The position numbers and the translations under genes were made by a program. The notes beneath the pieces were generated by a model. It searched no databases. It had not been told where the DNA came from and saw only the letters and a program-made list of their open reading frames with translations. A stretch of DNA of 64,000 nucleotides, taken from the NCBI GenBank assembly GCA_050633305.1, contig JBOEGF010000017.1, forward strand, positions 14,433-78,432, in the 5' to 3' direction. Shown here piece by piece: positions 17,955 through 27,785 of this stretch. The stretch's first letter is position 1. Each line of letters opens with the position of its first letter. This DNA comes from Nannocystales bacterium (lineage in GTDB: Bacteria > Myxococcota_A > Polyangia > Nannocystales > Nannocystaceae).

Positions 17955-18479
17955 TCAGGTGAGGACCCGAAGCGTCAAGACCGGTGTCTCAGAGCTCGCG
18001 CAGTTCACTGCCGCCGTGAACCAGTTCGTCCCCGCTGACACCTGATTGACCACACACACCGTTCCGCCGTCCTCGAACGTTGTGTAGACCCGCCCACCAA
18101 CCTCGCGCACGCGAAACTCGGCCGACGCCGAGCCGGCCGAGATCGTGCAAGACGCCCCTGTCCCCCAGAAGCACTGCCCCGAAAACAACGTGTCCACGTT
18201 CGGCGCACTCCAGGAGTACAGTGTTTCTCCCCCGTAGTTGAAGGGGGTCGTCGATGCGGTCACCGACGTGATCGTGACCCAGGCGTTCGTCTGGGTGTTC
18301 CGCCCCTGGATCTCGACCGTGCCTCCGGGCTCCTCCGCGTAGCCCGCGAAGTCGACGTCGTTCGGGTCGACCCATTCGTCGTTGTAGGGAGTTGTGACGC
18401 ACGCCGCGAGAGCCAGCGCGGCGACCGTAAGCAGTCCGGTGTTGAGAATGAATTTCGAGTGTCTGAACATGTCGTACAT
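17955..18479 (-). CDS. Lipoprotein, paralog of 18680-19198
   Basis: LAACVTT lipobox. Shares DF.G.A..PG.TV, NYGG.T.Y.W and TF.DGG..C motifs with its neighbour. Confidence 0.8.
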   Translation of the reverse strand: MYDMFRHSKFILNTGLLTVAALALAACVTTPYNDEWVDPNDVDFAGYAEEPGGTVEIQGRNTQTNAWVTITSVTASTTPFNYGGETLYSWSAPNVDTLFSGQCFWGTGASCTISAGSASAEFRVREVGGRVYTTFEDGGTVCVVNQVSAGTNWFTAAVNCASSETPVLTLRVLT

Positions 18480-18679
18480 TGCGAATACTGTGGATTGCAG
18501 GAAGGCGTTTCACGGCCAAGACCGCCGACCAAGAACGCGTCGAGTGGGCCCGGCCACGAGGCCAGCCCCCCATCAAAGGGGTGCTCACACGCGGTCGTTG
18601 CCCCACACCGCGAACCGTTCCCGATTTTCTCCAAACCTCTCCGTGATCGTTCCCCGCGGGAGTTCGTCTACCCCCGGCG

Positions 18680-19198
18680 ATGAGCACATCACTCAAACAC
18701 CTCGCCCTGGTGGTCGGGCTAACCTCACTTGTCGCAACCTCTGGGTGCGTCACGACCGAGCAGTCGGGGCTCAACGGACCTGTGCAGGACTTCGGCGGTT
18801 TCGCCTCCAAGCCCGGTGCCACCGTCCAGCTCTACGTGTACGACCGCCAAGCCAACGCCTGGGAAGCCGCGCCAGACACGGAGGTCATCGCGAGCACGGT
18901 CCCGACAAACTATGGGGGGCGCACGATTTACGGCTGGAACATGAATGACGTCAACCTGCTCGAAACGGCGGCAGATGACTGCAGAATCAGCCAATCCTGC
19001 ACCGCAACCCCCGGAGACAGCAGCATCCGGGTCCAGCTGCGTGAGGTCGGTGGAGACTTCAGTCCGTTGTTGACCTTCGACGACGGTGGGGTTTCCTGCA
19101 CGATCAGCGCCGTCGCCGGTGGGGCCGACCTCTTCGCCGCCGCATGGGGCTGCAAGGGCACGGTCTTCGACGAGTTGAGCATCAACATCATCGGCTAA
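18680..19198 (+). CDS. Lipoprotein, paralog of 17955-18479
   Basis: TSGCVTT lipobox, with the same motifs and Cys pattern as the divergent neighbour. Confidence 0.8.
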   Translation: MSTSLKHLALVVGLTSLVATSGCVTTEQSGLNGPVQDFGGFASKPGATVQLYVYDRQANAWEAAPDTEVIASTVPTNYGGRTIYGWNMNDVNLLETAADDCRISQSCTATPGDSSIRVQLREVGGDFSPLLTFDDGGVSCTISAVAGGADLFAAAWGCKGTVFDELSINIIG

Positions 19199-19207
19199 GA
19201 CGAATCC

Positions 19208-19233
19208 CGGGGTCGGCATCAACACCGACCCCG
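19208..19233. terminator. Hairpin between convergent genes, probable terminator
   Basis: CGGGGTCGG, an 8-nt loop, then CCGACCCCG: a perfect 9-bp stem. No clear U-tract. Confidence 0.6.
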
Positions 19234-19265
19234 CAGTCGCACTCAGGGGTGTTTTCGTTGGGAGG

Positions 19266-19646
19266 TTAGTCGAGCACGAATTCGGTCGAGGCCGCGAGGG
19301 ATCGCGACGGTTGCAGAGGAGCCCCCTGGAACACGAGGTCGTTGTACAACGCGTTCTGAAGGAGGGCCTGGTTGAGCTGCAGTTGCTGCTGCGGCAGGAT
19401 CAACTGCTGCTGTTGAGAGAGTTGAGGCTGCTGGGGTAGCAGCAGCTGGTTCTGAGCCCAGTTGTTCAGCGGCAGGTAGTAGACCGTTGGGCCTGCGGCC
19501 TGTGCGGTGGAGTTCATCTCCGTGACCTGTTGTTTGGCAGAAGCCGCCTCCACTTCGTCGGCTCCCAGGGAAATGCCTGCGATACCGAGGGAGAATGTCA
19601 GGACCCCGGTTGCGGCGAGCCTCTTACGTACTTTGTTGTTGATCAT
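19266..19646 (-). CDS. Small secreted Gln/Leu/Asn-rich protein, candidate precursor peptide
   Basis: Basic N-terminus, hydrophobic signal and VEA cleavage-like site. Strong SD (AAGAGGAAAG). Core NQLLLPQQPQLSQQQQLILPQQQLQLNQALLQNALYN. Confidence 0.75.
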   Translation of the reverse strand: MINNKVRKRLAATGVLTFSLGIAGISLGADEVEAASAKQQVTEMNSTAQAAGPTVYYLPLNNWAQNQLLLPQQPQLSQQQQLILPQQQLQLNQALLQNALYNDLVFQGAPLQPSRSLAASTEFVLD

Positions 19647-19718
19647 GTGAATTGCTTTCCTCTTTGTTGGGTGCGTGCGACTGCGGGGTGGAAATCTTCG
19701 AGGCTCGCCGGGGCGAGA

Positions 19719-22382
19719 CTAGGTCGGCGCCTGTGGTGAGCCGACCTCGCCAAGGTCCAGAGTCTGTCCGGGCTTGGGGTCGATGGAGACTGTGATCGGT
19801 TCACCCGCGGCCTCGTTGGGCGGCGTGAGCGTGAGCTGGCCTGGGCCGGGCGCGACGCGGGACACCACAAACCTGCCGTCCGCTGTGGTGCGTGCTCCGT
19901 GACCCAGGAGCGCGCGCTGGACATCGTGCCCTCGCAGCTGACCTTTGCCATCGGCCGCGAACACCATCCATCGTTGTCCCTCGGCGACCTCGACCAAGTC
20001 GGCGTGAAGCGTTCCCTCAACGGTTGCCCACGCCTCGCCGGTCAGTTCGATCGACATGTCGGAACCGTCGAGCTCGAACGTCTTTGTGGCGTGGCCATCT
20101 TCGCCGCGTGCCTCGAGGCGGTACTTGCCCTCGGGCAAGCGCACGAACTGCGCCGTGCCGTTGCGACGCATGGAGTGCTGCGCTGAACTGGTGCCGCTGA
20201 GCGACAGGCGCCCTACGCCGAGGTCCCGGGTGATCACGGTCAAGGTCGCGCCCCGGGGCATCTGCACCCGGACGTCGTCTCCGACCTGCGCCTCCTCGTC
20301 CACGAACGTGCCGCCGGGACTCGCGTCGGTGACCCGGAGGCGGATCCCCTCCCCGACGGGAAGGGCGTCGAATTCGAACGCACCGTCCTCGTCGGTCAGA
20401 GTTCGCTCCGTGGACAACGAAGGGAGCGAGGCGCGTACGACCGCGTCCGCGACGGGCGAACCGTCCGCGTTGATGACCTGCCCGGTGAGCACGCCGGACT
20501 GGTCCGCGAGCTCGATGCGGGTGCTCGCCCAGGTGTCCGCGACGACCGCGACGACCGGCGGTTCGCCGTCGACCGCGAGGACGGACGACGCGTCGAGCAC
20601 TTGGACGAGGTAGGTGCCCGCCTCAAGCCCCGCGTGACGGAACGATCCGTCTGCCTTGGTTCTTACCGACGCTTGGCTCGCGCTCACGCGGGCGGTCGGT
20701 GGAACAACGCTCGCAGGCCGATCGAGACGGACGGCGGCAATGCTGAGCCCCTCGCGGGGTCCGTCGGTCCCGAATACACGGCCTTCGAGACCCGTGGCGG
20801 CCGACAGTTCGATGAGCACCGGAGGGTCACCATCCTGCGACACCGTCGTCTGGGCGCGGCCAGTGCCTCGAGTGGGGTCCTCGGCGACAAGCGTGAGCTC
20901 GCCCGAGGTGACTGGACCGAGTTCGAAACGACCTTCGGCATCGCACCGGGTCGAGACGAACGCATTCCCGATGAGCGGCATTCCCTGGGCCGGCGGTAGC
21001 CCCTCCAGGTCGACCTCCACGCGTACCGACGTGTCGGGACCACCCTCGACGACCTGGCCGAACACGGTCGTCCCTGCGTCCACCTCGAGCACCAGGCCTT
21101 CGACGTCGCCATCCGCGACCCGGAGTGTGGCCGCCAGGTTGTTGGGGACGTGACCCGGCGCGTCCACGGAGAGCTGGTACTCGCCCGGTGCCAGTGCAGG
21201 AAGAACGAATCCACCCGATACGTCGCTGGGCTCGGAGACCCACGCCGCCGCTCCGCTTCGGGCCAAGACCGTGGCACCCTCCACCGCGACGGACGGGTCC
21301 GAGCGCAGTACGACGACACCGTACGCCGCAGGGGCCGCCTCGAGTCGGAGTTCGACCCCGGTCCGATACCCCCCTGGGCCAAGTTCGAGGACCGTCCCAC
21401 TGCTGGTGCGCCCGGACTCGGCGTAGGCATGAAGCTCGAGTTCGCCGGGCTCGATGCCCTCGATCACAAAACGACCCGCCACGTCTGTCATGGCAGCCGC
21501 CTCGCCGCCCGTGGTGGGCTGACCGGCACGTGGCGCCATCGACACCCGGGCGAAAGCGACGGCGCTGCCGTCCGTACCGCGCACGACCGTGCCCTCGATG
21601 CGACCGCCGGGCAGCAGCGCGAAGTCCCGCTGCGTCGTTGCCTCGACGCGAACCCAACGTCGGTCCTCGGCGTAGTCGGGGAACCGTGCCACGACGTTGT
21701 GCACCCCGGGCTCGACCGAGAGTCGGTACTCACCATCCTCCCCGGCGATCGTGCTCAGCGATGCATCGAACTCGGCACCGTTGGCGAATGGGTCGCCAGC
21801 TCCAACATGGACCGTCGCCCCCGCAAGAGCGCCGCCGGTCGCATCGCGGACGGTGCCGTGGAGAACCTCTCCCCCCGGCTCGAGCCGGACGGTGAGCGAG
21901 TTCCCCTCGCAGGTCCCTGAACCCGTCACGGCTTTCGGGCGGTAGCCCTCGGCGGTCACCGCGACGCTCCAGGTCTTGGTCGCGGACATCGGGACGTCCA
22001 GGAATCTCCACTGGCCGCTGGGGTCCGCCGGAGCCACCCACGAACGCCGGCCTCCGCCGGGTACGAGCATCGCGTTCGCCCCCAGGACCGTCCGCGGCCG
22101 GAGGCTGACCACCGCGCCCGGAATGGGCGACTCGGTGGCGTCGTCCAGGACAGCACCGCACACCACGGAGCGACCAGCCTCGGTCGCGCGCATGTCCTCT
22201 TCCCAGCTCGTCGTCCCTCGAGCGGTCCGCGGGGCGGGTCGGGAGCGAAGCGGTGTCTCGACGGACGCGACGGCCTCCCCCGACGAGGAGTCACCCGCGA
22301 ACATGCTCCACGCAGCGACGAGGGCCAGCGCAACCGCGACCAGCGGCAGCCATCGATGAATCCCTGAGAACGGGCGTGCCAT
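19719..22382 (-). CDS. Membrane-anchored protein with multiple carboxypeptidase-regulatory-like beta-sandwich repeats
   Basis: N-terminal TM, then repeated G.V.D..G.(P)(I/V).GA.V ... (T)D..G.F....L..G.Y.L units. Confidence 0.85.
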   Translation of the reverse strand: MARPFSGIHRWLPLVAVALALVAAWSMFAGDSSSGEAVASVETPLRSRPAPRTARGTTSWEEDMRATEAGRSVVCGAVLDDATESPIPGAVVSLRPRTVLGANAMLVPGGGRRSWVAPADPSGQWRFLDVPMSATKTWSVAVTAEGYRPKAVTGSGTCEGNSLTVRLEPGGEVLHGTVRDATGGALAGATVHVGAGDPFANGAEFDASLSTIAGEDGEYRLSVEPGVHNVVARFPDYAEDRRWVRVEATTQRDFALLPGGRIEGTVVRGTDGSAVAFARVSMAPRAGQPTTGGEAAAMTDVAGRFVIEGIEPGELELHAYAESGRTSSGTVLELGPGGYRTGVELRLEAAPAAYGVVVLRSDPSVAVEGATVLARSGAAAWVSEPSDVSGGFVLPALAPGEYQLSVDAPGHVPNNLAATLRVADGDVEGLVLEVDAGTTVFGQVVEGGPDTSVRVEVDLEGLPPAQGMPLIGNAFVSTRCDAEGRFELGPVTSGELTLVAEDPTRGTGRAQTTVSQDGDPPVLIELSAATGLEGRVFGTDGPREGLSIAAVRLDRPASVVPPTARVSASQASVRTKADGSFRHAGLEAGTYLVQVLDASSVLAVDGEPPVVAVVADTWASTRIELADQSGVLTGQVINADGSPVADAVVRASLPSLSTERTLTDEDGAFEFDALPVGEGIRLRVTDASPGGTFVDEEAQVGDDVRVQMPRGATLTVITRDLGVGRLSLSGTSSAQHSMRRNGTAQFVRLPEGKYRLEARGEDGHATKTFELDGSDMSIELTGEAWATVEGTLHADLVEVAEGQRWMVFAADGKGQLRGHDVQRALLGHGARTTADGRFVVSRVAPGPGQLTLTPPNEAAGEPITVSIDPKPGQTLDLGEVGSPQAPT

Positions 22383-22449
22383 GGTCGTACTCTGAACGGC
22401 GGCGTTGTGCGGGGGAGCGACGAGGGGCGGCGTGTGGGTCGACCCGGGG

Positions 22450-23442
22450 TCAGCTCGGGTTCGAGCGCGTCACGAGCCTGGCTCGCATACGATGGGTAAT
22501 GTTCGCGACGAGTCCGAAAAGCTCCCGTCCGGCCGCACCGAACCAGCGGTAGTCGGCGTCGGAGAGCAAGAGGAGCTCGGCGGCGATCATCAGGACCGCG
22601 AAACTCTCCAGCCCCATCAGGGCAAAGATTCCGACGTGGAACGACATCGCCACCAAGACGATGACCCGGCGGGAGAGCGGACCACCAAAGATGTAGACCC
22701 AGGGGAATGCGAGCTGAAGCAGAACTGGTGACCACGTGAGCACTGCCAGCAACAGCGGGTAGTCCCAGATCACCTTGGCCCATTCCGTCATCCCGAACTC
22801 GGCCGAGTTGAGGACGTAGTAAAATGCGGTGCCGTTCTGCCAGTACTCGCCGGGGATCTTCGCCAGCCCAGCAACCGAGTAGACCAGGCAGACCTGGGCA
22901 ATGCAGGCGAACAGGGCGAAGTTGTGCACCACGTTTCGATAGGGTGCCCATCGGTGCGGCGCTTCATCGTCGTCGCGTCGCGGCGAGAGGTCCATGAACA
23001 CCGCGTAGACGAGCAGCAGGCTCGTGATGTTGTCGCCACCATCCCAAAGCCCGTAGCAGCGCTGATGCAGCGTGTGCACGGCGAGCCAGGTCAGCGGCGT
23101 TGTCACCGACGTTCGAATACCTAGCGTCCACAGGACGATCACGATCAAACACCCGTGATAGACGAGCTCGAACCCGGTCATCGAAGACGTCAGTGCGAGC
23201 AAGGAGACGTGGGCCTGACCGAACGTGGACTCGAACAGCTCGTACGGATAGACCCCCTGCGGGCCATAGATCATCCGCCGCTGACCGTAGGTAATCAGGA
23301 TTTGATACAGCAGCACCAAGCCGACCACCACTCGATACGAGCGGACGCCGCGGCGATGCATACGATGCTCACGGAGGGTCTCCAGTCGGGCGAGAAGAAG
23401 CCCAAACGCTCGATACAGAGGGTTCTCAAACGACTCGGTCAT
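22450..23442 (-). CDS. HTTM-domain membrane protein (SdpB / vitamin K-dependent carboxylase-like family)
   Basis: Multiple TMs with DGGDN, QVCLVYSVAGLAK..GEYWQNGTA and FHVGIFALMGL motifs. ATGA overlap with the upstream gene. Confidence 0.88.
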   Translation of the reverse strand: MTESFENPLYRAFGLLLARLETLREHRMHRRGVRSYRVVVGLVLLYQILITYGQRRMIYGPQGVYPYELFESTFGQAHVSLLALTSSMTGFELVYHGCLIVIVLWTLGIRTSVTTPLTWLAVHTLHQRCYGLWDGGDNITSLLLVYAVFMDLSPRRDDDEAPHRWAPYRNVVHNFALFACIAQVCLVYSVAGLAKIPGEYWQNGTAFYYVLNSAEFGMTEWAKVIWDYPLLLAVLTWSPVLLQLAFPWVYIFGGPLSRRVIVLVAMSFHVGIFALMGLESFAVLMIAAELLLLSDADYRWFGAAGRELFGLVANITHRMRARLVTRSNPS

Positions 23443-24143
23443 GGCGTGACGCCTCCTTGCGCCCCGAGTGAGGGAATCGACTCGATTGCAACCCAAGGAA
23501 AGTCCACGCTCGTCGCCGGCTCGTCCGCGGGGTCGTCGTACCGGTGGCTGTACTTTGGGATATCCTGAAATACGACTCGGGGGCGGACGCTGCGAATCTC
23601 TCCCCCAACCGCACTACGGCAGTGTTGCGCCACCAGAGCGTAGACGAAGCGGTGCTGAACCAATCGGGCCCGGTCCCGCGCGTCCGCAGATTCCTGCATC
23701 CGCTGCAGCAACGCTTCGTCGCCGGACTCTTCGACCTTCTCGAGAACCGTCTCGAAAACCTGGTCCTCGCTGCCGACCGCAGTCATGACCGCGGCGCGGT
23801 CGATCCGAAAGAGATACGCCTCGGGCGTAAACCGGTACGAGGCGTGTTCTTGCTGAAGCACCGACGCACGATCGAACCACTGGCTGACCGTTCCGTCATT
23901 CTGTTCACATTGAAAATGAAGAAAGACGTTCTGAAGCGGCGGGTCAGGTGCGAACAATGACCATCGCTGCTGAAAGACCGGAACGATATAGCGATGAGCA
24001 GCGCTCCCAAAACGCACACCTACGATACTCAGCGGCATCAAGAACACAACGGTCGCGAGGAAGTGAGTCACCAGAACAACCGCGCAGACGACGGACAGCA
24101 CCGTCGTCCGACGGCGACTCGGAGATGAGGGAGACATCGGCAT
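23439..24143 (-). CDS. DUF5819 / SdpA-like protein
   Basis: N-terminal TM with HFLATVVFLMP, then YIVPVFQQRWSLFAPDPP. Confidence 0.82.
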   Translation of the reverse strand: MPMSPSSPSRRRTTVLSVVCAVVLVTHFLATVVFLMPLSIVGVRFGSAAHRYIVPVFQQRWSLFAPDPPLQNVFLHFQCEQNDGTVSQWFDRASVLQQEHASYRFTPEAYLFRIDRAAVMTAVGSEDQVFETVLEKVEESGDEALLQRMQESADARDRARLVQHRFVYALVAQHCRSAVGGEIRSVRPRVVFQDIPKYSHRYDDPADEPATSVDFPWVAIESIPSLGAQGGVTP

Positions 24144-24502
24144 GACTGGAGTCCGCGGAGGGCGGCTTCCTCTACCACGTACGTTCCCCGACGCTCGGAA
24201 TCGTTCCCCAAAAACAGATAAAAGCTCCCAAGCCGGCGCCCAAGCAGCCCGCGCCCCTCGGCAACGAGAACTCACCTTGTACGGCGAATGAAGAGCCTCG
24301 TCCCAGCGGCGCTGCATTGACCAATAGACCGGACGGCCGGTCTACTCCCCGAAGACAACCGACAACACCATTGATAGGAGGCCGAGGAGTTCCAAGCCGG
24401 CGAACCGACCGACTCCGGCGGCGGCGAGGCCCGACAGACCGCCCCCGGCCTCATGCTCGGGGGCGTCGGCAGGCTCTCGCGTAACCACCTCTGCGCGAGC
24501 GT

Positions 24503-26218
24503 CTACTCGTACGCGCCCATGTTGGGCCAAGCGTCCCGAGCGATTCCAGACGTGTCGGTCGTCGTCGTGCTGTACGCAGCACAGGCGTCACGGGCGATGC
24601 TCGTGGGAGATGGCCGGTGGTCGCTTGTCCATGTCCACCAGAAGTCCGGGTCGCAGCCGGGTCCGTGACAGCTATCCGGGTCGTTGTAACTCCCAGTCGG
24701 GGTGACGGTGAACAGCGTGCACGGTGCGTCGAGCGTGCCCGACTTGAACTCCCGAACCCTGCCTCCCAGGACGATGCTGGACGAGACGATCCCGTCCGAC
24801 CCCGGGTCCCAGCGCATAATCGTAGCCCCCCCCGCATTCCCATTCAGAGTCAGGTGATGATAGTCGCTTATTCCGCCAGCGTATGTCCGTACCGACATGC
24901 CCCCGTCTCCGAGCACAAACACATTTTCGGCATCCAGCGTCCCGAAGTTCCCAATCTCGTCGGGGCCGGCCGCATCGTTGGCGTTGAGAACGACACGTCG
25001 AAGTGCCAACGCACCGTAGTTGAAAATTCCACCGCCCCGGACCGCGGCGCTGTTTTCGGTCAGCATCGTCGGCGCAAGGTTGAGCCCCATCGAAGGTCCC
25101 AGGCTCTGCATCGTGACGTCGCCAGACAAGACAAGAAGGCCGCCGCCTTCGTCCGAGGCCACGTTGCGGTCGATCCGAGTCTCGTCGACTGTGACCACGC
25201 CGGTCGGCCCGGCGTCCATGGCCATCCCTGCGCCCCGCGCCGCCTCATTGTCGGTCACGTGGCTGTCTTCGAATTGGAGTTCGACTGCGCATCCGGAGCA
25301 AGCCCCGACGAAGACTCCGCCTCCGTCGGTGGCGGCGACGTTGGACCGTACATCGACGTGCCCGATCGTGGGCATTGTCAGGTCGGCGTCCGGGAGGAGG
25401 TACAGCCCCCCCCCACTCGTCCCCGCCTGGTTGGCCTCGAGGATCCAATCATCGTTGGCGAAAGGCCCGGCGTTGACCTCAAACGCATCGGTCGCAAACA
25501 CCCCGCCCCCTCGGGATCCGGCAGTGTTTCCCGCGACAGAGCAAGACGCGCTGGCGACCCGCACGGTCGTTGGGGTTCCATCGGAGCTGAGGTACAGCCC
25601 GCCGCCGTCGAGGCTCGCGTCGTTGTCCTCGACATCGGTCTCCTTCATCACGATGGACGAATCGTGGGCATAGACTCCCCCCCCGTACGGTGCGAACCCT
25701 GCCACGACATCGACCCGGAACATCGAGACGGCGGCTCCCTTGAGGTAGAGGTTCCCGCCGCCCCAGTCCGCGCTGCCCCCTGTGAGCTTCATGTCGGCCA
25801 GCGTGACGTCGGAGCTTAGGTAGACCATGAGGTTGCCCCCATGCATCGGGTCCGAGCCGCCCGCGAGGTTGATCCCCTCAATCCGGACGTTGCTCGTATC
25901 GAACACGGTGATCAGCGTCTGGTCATGCGCACCGCCCTGAATCGTCGAACGGTTCGGAAAGCCGCTGCTGGTGCAGTCGGCGTTCCCGCCCTCGAGCGAG
26001 ACAGGGTTTTGGATGAAGATTCCCGCCGTGGGGGTGACCGCTCCGGGTTGCACCCAAACCGTGTCGTTGGGACCCGCGTTGTTGATGGCATCCTGAATCG
26101 TGTCGAAGTTGCATCCGGGGATCCCATCGGAGTCGATTCCGGCGACTCCGGCGAGCGCCTCCGCGGGTAGGGCCAGGGCAGCAAGGGCGATGAGTGAACT
26201 GTAGGCGTATCGTTTCAT
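24503..26218 (-). CDS. Secreted right-handed beta-helix protein with polymorphic-membrane-protein-like GG(G/A)xxx / NxA repeats
   Basis: Signal peptide ending ALA, TIQDAINNA, repeated N.A..GGG(L/V)(Y/F), and C-terminal NMGAYE. Confidence 0.8.
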   Translation of the reverse strand: MKRYAYSSLIALAALALPAEALAGVAGIDSDGIPGCNFDTIQDAINNAGPNDTVWVQPGAVTPTAGIFIQNPVSLEGGNADCTSSGFPNRSTIQGGAHDQTLITVFDTSNVRIEGINLAGGSDPMHGGNLMVYLSSDVTLADMKLTGGSADWGGGNLYLKGAAVSMFRVDVVAGFAPYGGGVYAHDSSIVMKETDVEDNDASLDGGGLYLSSDGTPTTVRVASASCSVAGNTAGSRGGGVFATDAFEVNAGPFANDDWILEANQAGTSGGGLYLLPDADLTMPTIGHVDVRSNVAATDGGGVFVGACSGCAVELQFEDSHVTDNEAARGAGMAMDAGPTGVVTVDETRIDRNVASDEGGGLLVLSGDVTMQSLGPSMGLNLAPTMLTENSAAVRGGGIFNYGALALRRVVLNANDAAGPDEIGNFGTLDAENVFVLGDGGMSVRTYAGGISDYHHLTLNGNAGGATIMRWDPGSDGIVSSSIVLGGRVREFKSGTLDAPCTLFTVTPTGSYNDPDSCHGPGCDPDFWWTWTSDHRPSPTSIARDACAAYSTTTTDTSGIARDAWPNMGAYE

Positions 26219-26468
26219 GGTGACTCTCGATCTCTCGATCTGAGGCCGACGAGTCGCCGGTGGTGCCCACCAGCGTCGCCGCCTCACCCACGGAGAGCCG
26301 ATGAGCGCGGGAACGGATTGCACGAACAAAGGAAAGGCCACGGCGCACGGGCCGGTTGCACGGAAGACTGTGAACTCGTCACGATGGAGCTCGGGCGAGC
26401 GCGGCGGGTCGGAACCTCTGGGAACACTCTTCGTGATCGTCTGCTCGACAGCCGCGTCCATCACCACG

Positions 26469-27059
26469 ATGAACAGCAAGTTCGCCTCCCTCCTCTCCTT
26501 CGTCGCGCTCCCCACGCTGTTGCTCGGAGGATGCAATGAGACCGAAGACGAGAGTCCGGATGCCGCGCACCGCATGTGGACCGTCGAGTCCGTCCAGCAA
26601 CTCGAGGACTACACGCTGTACGAGGTTCGCGTCGACGACGTCCCGACCGTGGTCGGAATCTCCACCACGGAGGACTCAACCGAGGTTGTGGTCGAAGCTG
26701 CCCAGGCGTCGGTCTGGGTGTCGGGGTACGCCGCGGACGGATCTGTCGTGCTCGTCGATGGACTCACGGAGCAGGCGCTCGACCTCGACTCCGACGACCC
26801 GTTCACACAGCTCTCGCTCGTGGCGGCCCTCGACGGCGAGCTCGAACTCGCGGACGACCAGCACCGCTTTGGCACCTCCCCCTGGCAGGGTGAAGGAAAC
26901 GCCCCTGGTGGACACCAAACCGTCCTTGGGAGGCGGTTCTGCGAGTTTCGTTGCAACCGCGCGAAGTCCTCGTGTGACGGCCGCAACACGAGGGCGACCG
27001 GAAACGACCTGCTCGAGCCCTGCGAGTTGGAGCACGACATCTGCATCTCTGAGTGCTGA
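26469..27059 (+). CDS. Lipoprotein with Cys-rich C-terminal module
   Basis: LLLGGC lipobox and a six-Cys tail (CEFRC...C...C......C...C). Confidence 0.75.
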   Translation: MNSKFASLLSFVALPTLLLGGCNETEDESPDAAHRMWTVESVQQLEDYTLYEVRVDDVPTVVGISTTEDSTEVVVEAAQASVWVSGYAADGSVVLVDGLTEQALDLDSDDPFTQLSLVAALDGELELADDQHRFGTSPWQGEGNAPGGHQTVLGRRFCEFRCNRAKSSCDGRNTRATGNDLLEPCELEHDICISEC

Positions 27060-27124
27060 GCCCGATCCGGGACTGGCGCCCGGAGGGACCGCACCAAACA
27101 CGAGTGGCGGCGGGACAAGCTTCG

Positions 27125-27778
27125 TTACGTGCCCGCCTCTCGTCCCTCCCGTGTCACCCCATACACGCCTCGTGTCACCCGCCTGAACCACCCGTAGTGG
27201 TTGTCCGCCATGACACGCGTCGCGTTTGCGACACCCAACGCCTTGGCCACCACGCTGCCCTTCGAGGGACCGTGGGCGACCAGATAGGCGGCACAGCGTT
27301 GTGCTGCCTGCCGATACGAGGTCACCACGCTCCCTTGCGTTCCTCCCAGGTTTGGATCCCCAATGCGGCGCTCGAACTCAGAGAGCACGCTCGCTGCGCG
27401 ACGCCTCGATTTTCGCGGCTGATAGGGGATCGGGTCCGCATGCAACTGAACATGCCCGTCAGCGACACGAACCGTCAGCACGCCGATCCCCAACCGCTTG
27501 CACAGGCCGACGTTGGCCTTGAACTTCAGCCAGCCCTGCTGCGTCGTCCACCGAGGCACGGCCACGTAGACGGCATCGCAGATCGCCTGCCGTGCCACGG
27601 CCTGTTGCAGCAGGACGAGCGAGAACCCGACCTTGAGCTCCACGATCACCGGGTCGGCGTCCTCGCGACGGCCCACAACATCCACGGGGCCAACCTCGGA
27701 CTTGACCTCATAGCCGAGGCGCTCCAAGTACGCCTTGATCGGCGCGTAGAGTTCCGTCTCGGCGATGCGCGCGGGCAC
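27125..27778 (-). CDS. DUF2161 family putative PD-(D/E)xK phosphodiesterase
   Basis: ETELYAPIKAYLE..GYEVK.EV, IVELK.GF, RR.GDPN.GG and NHYGWFRRV.RGVY. Confidence 0.88.
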   Translation of the reverse strand: MPARIAETELYAPIKAYLERLGYEVKSEVGPVDVVGRREDADPVIVELKVGFSLVLLQQAVARQAICDAVYVAVPRWTTQQGWLKFKANVGLCKRLGIGVLTVRVADGHVQLHADPIPYQPRKSRRRAASVLSEFERRIGDPNLGGTQGSVVTSYRQAAQRCAAYLVAHGPSKGSVVAKALGVANATRVMADNHYGWFRRVTRGVYGVTREGREAGT

Positions 27779-27785
27779 GAGCAGC

